Positions 28,101 to 36,287 of a stretch of 64,000 nt of DNA are shown piece by piece (positions within the stretch are counted from its first letter, which is position 1; each line of letters starts with the position of its first letter). Both the position numbers and the translations under genes were made by a program. The notes below the pieces were generated by a model. The model saw only the letters and a program-made list of their open reading frames with translations. It was not told where the DNA came from and searched no databases. This DNA comes from Tubiluchus corallicola (Eukaryota > Animalia > Priapulida): NCBI GenBank assembly GCA_030141605.1, contig JAQGDQ010000057.1, forward strand, positions 496,001-560,000, given 5' to 3'.

Positions 28101-29742
28101 ATTTCCCAGCATGCCCAAACAGTTGCACAAATTGAGTTCTTCTAGAGGCTGTTTGAGCAGTTTTCTGCAAAATTTGCGTGGTTGTGTCCGGGAAAACATC
28201 CGTCGCGGACGCCATGGCCCCCTCGCAAATTCTAAATATGCCTACTACACCCACTGCTGAATGGGCTATCTACCCATAGTAAGCACCCGGTGGGCCCGAT
28301 TCGAAAAATAAAGTCCCAATGAGACCACACTAGATCGAGACCTTTCGTTTGATATATATAGATCGCCGCAAATGGTGCCGCCGTCGAACTTTCGAAATAT
28401 TGTTCTATACGTAAGCAAGCAGTCCCTCTATACACTTTAACTAAATCTGTGGACTGTCAGCCATATCCTGGTGCATTCTGGGGTTGATTTTCAGATGCCT
28501 CTAGTAGCAACAAAAGTTTTAATTAAATTCCCAGTTGTGGACAATTTTTTTAGACATTAGTACATTTGTTGGTGGTTTTATTAAGAGCTGCCGACTTGGA
28601 AAAGCTTATGAATGTCAGCTATGCCCTAAATATGGGCTAATTACCACAAACACAAAAAATCTCGAAAGTTTAATACTTTTTGTGTTAGAAGATCATTTTG
28701 ACAAGTTGGTGAAGCAATAGACCGTCCCGGACATGAAAATCTCAAGCAATTTCTGCTTTCAAGTCCAACTAATGTGAACATACTGCACTTGTAATTTCTC
28801 AAATATGTTTGTTCTGGCAACAGACAACACAAACCAAAAATGGTGTAAGTTGATGGTGAAAACTAGATAAAATTACCAAAGGCACCATTTTGTAACATTT
28901 TGCAAGAATGGCCCATATAACAATTGCTAAAGTCTGCCTAACAGATTTAGTAGAGCAAGTTTCTGTTTGTCAATTTACAACCTATAATAATCTGAGAAAC
29001 AGTGGCAAAATACTGCTGAAGTTGAACACGTTATGTGGAACAGTCATTAAATTTATGCAAGAAACTTTTCCCTTAGGTGTCAACATTACTCAAAATCAAA
29101 TGATTAAATAAAATTCTCACTAGAAACTGAACTTGGACATAATGGGCAATGTCCATTATTCACCTGATTAACAATTTGTGAATGTAATCTATTCACATTG
29201 TACTTAGAGTAAAATATTTTAGCATAATAATCCAAATAGTTGCCTAAATATTAGCAGTTTTGCCAAGCAGTTAATTATAATACTTTAAAGTTACTTTACT
29301 AATATGTAATATGTAAATTTTATTACATTCCCAATGATTTTAATTTTATCTAACTCATCATTTTATATGTAGCCATTGCTGCTCATGTTTTTGATTTTAC
29401 AAGTTTGAAATGCTAGTTTTTGGCCTTTACCTGTAAATGTTTAATATGTAATAGTGTTGCTTCAGTTTCTAAAAAATTAGAACATTTTTTGCTAATTTTT
29501 AGGACAAGTATTTTGTGGCTGAGTGCCCTGCAGTACTGCTGACTATGTATGAGATGTTGCATCACAATAAGAATGTAACCTTCACCCAAGAAAATCTTGC
29601 ACAGGAACTGGAGCAGTTTCTCGCAACTTTGAAATGGCTTCTTGGTAAGAATGGAGACTGCAAGAACCAGTATGAGGTCATTCCTGTGAAGAAAATAAAT
29701 ACAATTTCTGGATTAATTGCAGTTGCTTTTTCTGGGGGTTAA
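10095..29742 (+). CDS. STING: Tandem STING protein: two cyclic-dinucleotide-binding (TMEM173/STING C-terminal) domains, no TM segment, no C-terminal tail; 5 exons, 371 aa
   Basis: Exons 10095-10179, 13191-13414, 18806-19145, 19305-19531 and 29503-29742 join in phase (85+224+340+227+240=1116 nt) with no internal stop. Repeat 1: [18 protein letters not shown]...[10 protein letters not shown]...[16 protein letters not shown]...[14 protein letters not shown]. Repeat 2: [18 protein letters not shown]...[10 protein letters not shown]...[16 protein letters not shown]...[14 protein letters not shown]. Both match STING AHGLAWSYYIGYLRLILP / ILLPLDC / DRAGIKDRVYSNSIY / LEYATPLQTL. The symbol denotes the family, not proven orthology. 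Confidence 0.9.
10570..10830 (+). mobile_element. CRE-like non-LTR retrotransposon fragment (restriction-like endonuclease remnant) in STING intron 1
   Basis: Plus strand reads [14 protein letters not shown]...[11 protein letters not shown] and [20 protein letters not shown], matching the RPDG...WDxTCxDT...AIETxG pattern of CRE-clade RLE domains. Confidence 0.65.
10920..11560. repeat. Interspersed repeat with recurring TATCAAATGAAAGG / TTGACCCCTGACCC blocks, copy A (possibly Helitron/HINE-like)
   Basis: Internally repeated ~120-bp blocks, with clear similarity to 29960-30690. The family assignment is tentative. Confidence 0.55.
11625..12145. mobile_element. Kolobok-like MITE with TTAA target site duplication
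   Basis: TTAA|AGGAAAACCGGACAA ... TTGCCCGGTTTTCCT|TTAA: 15-bp TIR with one mismatch (extendable imperfectly to ~25 bp), purine-purine terminus, TTAA on both sides. Confidence 0.75.
13191..13414 (+). CDS. STING: Tandem STING exon 2 (domain 1 core and lid)
   Basis: Acceptor ctaacatgtatctttctattag; reads [11 protein letters not shown]...PEDCYCP...[22 protein letters not shown]; donor GTATTA at 13415. Confidence 0.88.
15127..15616. mobile_element. Tc1/mariner-pogo-type MITE, TA TSD
   Basis: TA|CCGTATATACTTATGTACAAGTCG ... CGACTTGTACATAAGTATGTACGC|TA, an imperfect 24-bp TIR. Confidence 0.75.
16493..18803 (+). mobile_element. 5'-truncated CR1/L2-group (Crack/Daphne-like) LINE with an intact RT frame, 3' UTR and (TA)n tail, in STING intron 2
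   Basis: The frame is stop-free from about 16493 to 18451 (ORF track 16763-18451). It contains [46 protein letters not shown] and [13 protein letters not shown]. There is no APE domain, so it is 5'-truncated. AT-rich 3' UTR, AATAAA at 18771-18776, then (TA)n to 18803. Confidence 0.9.
18806..19145 (+). CDS. STING: Tandem STING exon 3 (end of domain 1, linker, start of domain 2)
   Basis: One uninterrupted frame, [19 protein letters not shown]...[42 protein letters not shown], physically links the two domains. Donor GTGAGT at 19146. Confidence 0.92.
19305..19531 (+). CDS. STING: Tandem STING exon 4 (domain 2 core and lid)
   Basis: Acceptor ttaatgtcattttcag; reads [11 protein letters not shown]...LPEDCNCP...[23 protein letters not shown]; donor GTAAGT at 19532. 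Paralogous to exon 2. Confidence 0.92.
22386..22781. mobile_element. hAT-type MITE with 8-bp TSD
   Basis: TTTACTGG|TAGGGGTGA ... TCATCCCTA|TTTACTGG, with subterminal TTCGAAT(C) repeats. Confidence 0.85.
22502..23475 (+). repeat. Local ~1-kb duplication, copy 1 (STING intron 4)
   Basis: Near-identical to 25969-26853 plus 27293-27322. Confidence 0.9.
24160..24960. repeat. Interspersed repeat (possibly Helitron/HINE-like) with a partial second copy at 28140-28400
   Basis: Shares the blocks GGGCCCGATTCGAAAA and CACTAGATCGAGACCTTT..TTTGATATA..CGCAAATGGTGCCGCCG with 28140-28400. AGCTGTAGCCTCNAATCTTAT occurs near both ends, followed by (TA)n. Confidence 0.55.
25118..25618. mobile_element. hAT-type MITE with 8-bp TSD, nested in another element fragment
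   Basis: TTAGAGAG|CTGTGGCAGCTCGT ... ACGAGCCGCCACTG|TTAGAGAG; 14-bp TIR with 2 mismatches. Confidence 0.8.
25969..27322 (+). repeat. Local ~1-kb duplication, copy 2, interrupted by a MITE
   Basis: Matches 22502-23475 except for the 26854-27292 insertion and small indels. Confidence 0.9.
26854..27292. mobile_element. Tc1/mariner-pogo-type MITE, TA TSD
   Basis: TA|CCGTATATACTCGCATATAAGCC ... GGCTTATATGCGAGTATATACGG|TA, a perfect 23-bp TIR. The empty site (aaaata|gttaaaag) is visible in copy 1 at about 23445. Confidence 0.9.
27375..27720. repeat. Low-complexity CAC/CCA- and GAT-rich tract
   Basis: Degenerate (CACAC)n then (GAT)n; explains the His/Thr/Pro-rich ORF. Confidence 0.8.
29503..29742 (+). 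CDS. STING: Tandem STING exon 5 (end of domain 2, stop)
   Basis: Acceptor gctaatttttag; reads [18 protein letters not shown]...[10 protein letters not shown]...[24 protein letters not shown]. Paralogous to the first part of exon 3. Confidence 0.88.
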   Translation, partial: DKYFVAECPAVLLTMYEMLHHNKNVTFTQENLAQELEQFLATLKWLLGKNGDCKNQYEVIPVKKINTISGLIAVAFSGG

Positions 29743-29959
29743 ATAAGTGTTACATACCTACAGCTTGTGACACTGCGGGGCGGCACTTGAGTTTGCCCTT
29801 AGATATGCCTCCTTACGTACTTTACATCACAGTGAGAACATATCACTATCGACTTTGTACATGCGTAATTGGTGTAGGCCCGCTGATGTATAGTTTGTGC
29901 ACTATACCCCAAACAATTTTGTCGTTTTGGAAATCATTCAATTTTGCAGATAGCATTGG

Positions 29960-30690
29960 CCTGAGATTGGTTGATCTGGGTCAAAGGTCATGGAGCAGGC
30001 AGGGTTTGTTGTTTTTTCGTTATGCTGGTTCTCCTACGTTTTTGAGCCATGGCCACAATTTTTGGTATGTTGCTAGGGGGTGCCGAGCTGATGTGCATGG
30101 CTGAATATCAGGAGGCATAAATCAAAATCGAGGGGGGTTAGGAATATCAGTGCTCCCAGTGTCGAGCAACAGTAATGTGTAATATATCAAATGAAAGGCC
30201 TGATCGAGGTGAATCGAATGGTATAAGTTTTGCTGATTTTGATTGACCCCTGACCCCGCTAGGGCACAAAAACCAAAATCAGGGGTTGGGACACAAGTGG
30301 TTCCACTGTCAAGTAACAGTACTTTGTACTACATCAAATGAAAGGTCTTGATGAGAAGAATGGAATGGTGTGAACTATGCCCAAATTGGTTGACTCTTGA
30401 CCCGCTAGGGGGCAAAAACCAAAATTGAGGATCATGAAGACAAATGCTTTTCATTGTCCAGCAGCAACAGGTTGTAGTATATCAAATGAAAGGTATCAGC
30501 AAGGCTAAATAAATAAGTCATTTGTTGACCTTTGACCCTGTAGTCACAGGTAAAGTGGAAGTTCCAGTTTTAATATCTTATAATACATCAAATGTAAGGT
30601 CTTTATGTGACAAATTGACTGGTGTATCTTGACCCGTGTGTGGTTTAACCTTGACCCACAGGTGACTGGTCAAAAAGTAGCAAGCTCTGG
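29960..30690. repeat. Interspersed repeat with TATCAAATGAAAGG blocks, copy B
   Basis: Same recurring blocks as 10920-11560, e.g. cccaaattggttgac.c.tgacccgctaggg. Confidence 0.6.
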
Positions 30691-33600
30691 TTTCACTGAA
30701 GCCTCTTTTATCATAGAAGCAGATATTACCACAGTTTTTGACACAGTCAAATACGTCCACTACTTAGTAATTCTTTCTTACAGTTTTTCTTTTCAAAACT
30801 TATGAACAGTGCACGTCTTTAATTAACTCTGATGTATATATATATTTACAATCTTTTCTGTGTTAACATTTGAAGAAGCTTCTGAGTGGGTCTACTGTCT
30901 TTTAAACATACAGGGAGGGAAAATTTATTTCTTTATCAACAAATTTTTAAGTAGTTCTCTTTCTTTTATCAGTTTTTCTCCACAACATATTGCAGCTGTA
31001 ATGTAACACCACTAAATTTTACAAATCTAAAATCACTGTAGCTACATTGTATTTTTCTTCAGGAGTGAGGGGGCAGTAAACTCAAGTGCCACCTTGTGCA
31101 CCCACAAGACTAGCTTTCCTACTTTTAGAAGTATTTTATGTGTCACTGATTCATAGACCGAGTAAGAGATATATGTGCTTCGTGGGTTTGCATTTATTAA
31201 AAAAAATTAAAAAATGTAGTAAAAATGTGTGCACTGTTCAGGTCTTTAGTTTTCTCTGTTAATAGTGTCATTGTTTTAAAGTCACTGAATACGGTCGCCG
31301 AATCCCTGGATAGTAAGGTTTGCCTGCACTGCATATGACATACTTACTGGATTGCACTTTCATTTAATGTTTGATTAAAAAAACAATATTTAAAACTGAT
31401 TCACGTGTATGTTTTCAAAAATTCAGGGAAAATCCTGGAACATCCTTGAAAATACAGGCTATCCTGGAAAAGTCTGGGAAAAGGATTTTGGTAAAAAAGT
31501 CAGGGAAATTGGAAAGGGTGCAAAAATAATCACTATGAACCGATATTTTTCCAAACATATTTTTCAGCGATTCGTGTTCAAATACAAATTTTGCTAAAAA
31601 GGCTCCTAGGTTTGATTTCTGTTCCAAAAATAATGATTGGCCAACACATTATATCAGTATATGTACAAAAAATCTTTTGAATATGTATACTTGTAATGCA
31701 CTTTCTGCTTACATTGGTCATGGAAAATCAATATTCGGCCAGTGAAGGGAAATTTATTTTAAAATTCTAAGGGAACCCTAAAAATTTTATTTATGTCAAA
31801 GAAGCCATTCTTGGTACAGTAATATACCATCAGCAGGAAATGTTTGTGCCATTTTACTGATAGCAGTGGCAATAAATTAAACCTCGTTGAATTAGCTTTT
31901 GTGCCACTCCTTTGTAATGGATATATAGATATTGAACTGCTGACGGTACCTTGCCGACTGCGGTAAAACCAATCAGGTTGGTTCGGTACCAGCAGCAGAT
32001 GTGGAGGCCAATCAGACTACGATACCTTTATTGGCAAATTACATGAAGTAGCTTCAAATATAATGATGAAATGAAATTTACACCATCGTGGATGAATCTA
32101 ACTGGACCAGTAAAAAAGCAGAGATGACTGCTTTTATACAGGCCAGATGCATAACTTGGCTTTAACAGAAACTTAATTTTGCGTGAAAGGGGTGTTCAGT
32201 ACAATATGTATGTGAAGTGCTTTCTTAATCTATTATTGTTTACAGATTTATTGTAATTTACTATTATTACTATATTATTCATTACAAGGAATATGTTTAC
32301 TAGGAATTACTAGGGCAGAAGCATAATCAGCTCCAAATTTTAAATAAATCTTCTCTTGGTTGTCATTGGATAATCGGGTAATTATTATAATTGGATAATA
32401 GCGCGTGTAATTTTATTCAAATCTCTAACATAATTCTGTGTAATAAACTGTGTAGATTATGAATTGTTTTTGGTTTTTAACACAGATGAATTCTTAATGA
32501 CAACAATAGTAACAATGAATAAAAAATTCTACAATTAAAAAACCAGGAAAAGGAAACTGGGCTCAAACTTTTCAAATTACCATTGTGCAATGTATTCAGG
32601 TGAATGTAAAAAGAGAAAAATCATAAGGAATGATTAGAACTGCAAAATAAATTTTTTGGAAGTTTTTGCATAAAAATAGATATCAGTGAAAAGTCAAGCC
32701 AAAAAAACTAGTTTAGTAGTTCTAGTAATTTCCTTTCCTTTTTTCTCTTTTGTCTTTTTGTGTTTGTTTGCCTGAAGAATTATAGTTGTTCAAAAATTTG
32801 TGACCTTTTTTCTTGGTTTTTAATTGTGGAATTTTTTGTTTATTCTTTATCAATTTTTAACTCATATGAACATTGATGCAAAAAGCTTACACCTTTAACA
32901 ATGTATGTTAATAGTGTTTTGGTTGTTTTTTGATCTCGTGCTATAACATCAATGCACAGAACTATGTGGATTGTGTGGTTCAAATTTCAGCGTGAATGTT
33001 ACATAGTTCCTATTTTCCTGTTATATTATTCCTATTATATTTCTTTGAGATATTACATCACCAGTCGACACACATGCTAAGGAGGGGTATTAGATATGTT
33101 TGTAGAGGAGAACTTTACGTGAAGTTAATTTTTTTATGTGGATGTATAAAATTTGTCTGTTGCACTTCATTTACGTGTTTTTGCTTGTTTGTTTTTGTTG
33201 CATGTACAACTTTTAAAAATTTGCTAAAACAACCGTACAAAAAGATGGCTGACTGCTGTGCTTTGGGGTTGAAGTTGTTTTCTTTGATTATTTCTTTTCT
33301 GTTTTTGTAATTATTTGTGTAGTCACAAGTTCTGTAGTTTTGTGTAATCGTGTCATTGTGTTTCGTGTAGCTTCATGTTTTAATTTTGTCGGTATAATTA
33401 TAACGGCTTAAGGTTTACCAATGTAGCATTTTATAAACTTTTTTGTGCAGTGCAAATGTACATAACTATAATATTGTAATGACAGCGGCCAAGAGGTCCT
33501 GGGTTCAATTCTGGATTGTTTCAGTTTTGTATTCATCAGTGGTGACAGCGTAAAAATGTGAATTGAATGCAGGAAATTTGTAGGAAGAAACTGCCGGATT

Positions 33601-36287
33601 GTAGTTAGGTACTGCCATCTATGTGCTAATCTTGTTACATTCTACCAGCTGACTTACCTTCAGTATAATTGTATGGTCCAGTGACTACATACACACTGGT
33701 CCACTCCCTATCTAAAATTAATGGTTGTTGTGAAGCCTGTGCAAGTCTGCATAGGTCAAGTTCTATACCTGTATACTGGCTGTGAAACAGGTTTTACTGA
33801 TTGTTTTTGCTTTCTAGTTTTTGCTCCATGTTCAGTGCAGCAGTTTTGCTACTCATGTTTTCTATTGTTCAATACACACTTTTGTGTTGTGTGCAGTGCG
33901 AATATTTATTATAGATTTTTGGTTCCTATCCATAGTTCTCTGTGTGTAAACTCAATCATAACAAAGTAACTGAACAAAAACTTCAAAAATGACTTTCACA
34001 ACCCGTTCACCAACTGAATAGACCAGGCCATTCCATGTCAGCGGTATTATACTCAGTATGCAATACTGATATGCAGTTGCTTTGTAACGGGTGATTCATT
34101 GCTGTATAAAAGGGGTACCTGAAAAACTGGCTTCAATGCAATATTATTTGTATCATGTCATTTTATGGTGTCATTCTTCGTAAGTAGAGCGTGAACAGTA
34201 TGCTATTGAATTTGTGGTTTTTAGTATTCATGTGTTGTGCTTATTTCTGATATATGTCTATATTTACAGTCAGGTTTTTATTTTTTTCATGATAATAATT
34301 ATTAGCTATTAACGTGCAGCCCTTTAAACACCATTTAAATAAGTAGCAAAATGAAATGAATAAAATAGCTTTCATTAAAATCAGAGAAAAAAATCATCAG
34401 ATTAATAACACAAGATTTCATTGTTGCTAAAGAATTTTCTTTGTTTACATTCTCCTAAGTAAATAGTTATATACAAAAAAAAAACAATTTCTATACAAAT
34501 GAGTTTGAAATTAGATTAAAAATTAGGCAAAATTGTGTTAATCATGATAATGCTTCAAAAGTTTATTAAACAACGATAGTCATCTCATCACTCTACAATT
34601 ACAATGAAAAGAGAAAATATGCATACATAACAGTACAACTTAACTAAAAACAAAGAAAATAAACCACTTATACAGTTACTATATCATGGGCTTCTTGGGA
34701 GAATATAAAATAGCAATTAAGTTTACACAATTAATGTACAAGAGTTACTGCATAAAACTTATGAATTTAAACTCTGGTACCAACACTCAGACGATATTTT
34801 AATGGCCAGTCGAAGAGTAAGAATTTGAAGTTAGCTCAGGTAATATTGAGTGAAGCTTGAAAAAATAATCAGAGCATTCATACTGCACACTTCAACAACT
34901 CTGCAAAACTATGAATTACCTTGTGTTTTAATAATAATGCTTTTTGGTGCATATTGAAATGAGCCAGTGATAAATTACCAGACAGTGCAAACATTTGTAA
35001 GTCCCTTTCCCTTTGTTTAACACTCATAAAAGAATTTTAATTGTATTTTTCCACCATATTAATTTTGCTTGTGCACCAGAAATTTTAGAGTTTGATCCAT
35101 AACGTCAAAATTCAAATACGTTTAGATATTTCAGTTAATGTGATAACAAATTTGTAATAAATATGAACAGATATTTACACACATCTCACACGCAATTTTA
35201 CAAATAAATTGAAGCAGTAAACATTACAACAGCAAGAATAGAACCTTCAACTATCATAATAGTTAATAAAGTTATTATTTACAATAACTCACAGATCTTG
35301 TTGATTCATACTTTCTTCCAACAATAAGGTGACATTTGTATCTATCTTGCAGAGCAAATTGTCTACAGACATTGCCATGGCACCTCACGTCTTAATAAGT
35401 TTCCATATCTTGCTACACGTCTTGCGTTTCTGTCTTTCAGATCAAGTCACTCAAGCCAGTGAAGGCAAGATTTTTAGCTGATGTACGATCTTTCCATGAG
35501 AAGGTTTTTTTGAAAGGTTTTGGTAATTCTTTGAAATTGTTTTCCAGAAGCCATTACTTTTTAATTAATTGGTGTTTCTTTAATTAATTATTAGGTATTA
35601 AATCGCCTAACGGAATATCTAATGATGATCCGTATGATGTGGTCAAGAAGAATCCTTGGAGTGAAGAAGTACAAGTAAGAAGATTGCATTGGTTTGGGCA
35701 CACTAAAATTACCTCAAGAGTTTCCTCTTCCTATAGCATTTTGTAAAATTCTCGAAACGAAAAAAAATCCTGAGAAGGTGTCAGCTATTGATACAAAAAT
35801 ACATTATGGGCAGTAGCAGTGGACAGAAATTCATCAACATGTGGGACATTGTTGTTCTACCAACATGTTTGTTCTACCACATTTTTAATGACATTGTGAT
35901 TGAGGAAAATTACAGACCTTTTGTCGTTTAATGCATATCAAGTTTAATATAGTGAACAATAGAATGCATCTTGAGCACACACAGTTTAGACCTATTCATG
36001 GATACTAATTCCCCAATGATCACAAATGCATAAGAAATTAATTTACAGTAATAACCTTCCTTTGTGGTATTTCAAACTTAGGAAACTCCAGTAATATGTC
36101 ATAATACCAAAAGTATTGTTATAAAAAATTCACTAACGCACCAGTGTGAAATTATCAAGCATTTTCAAGCCATGCCCTCTGTAATAGCACATAATTGTGT
36201 TAATAAACATATAGAACAGTGAAGATGCTGGTCTCAATCACAGTTGTTTGTCTCCTGTTCAGCATGATTTGTGACATATGTTCACTG

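Noticed and set aside
10095-29742. Two separate adjacent STING genes
   Set aside because: Exon 3 joins the end of domain 1 to the start of domain 2 in one stop-free frame, with no Met in the linker.
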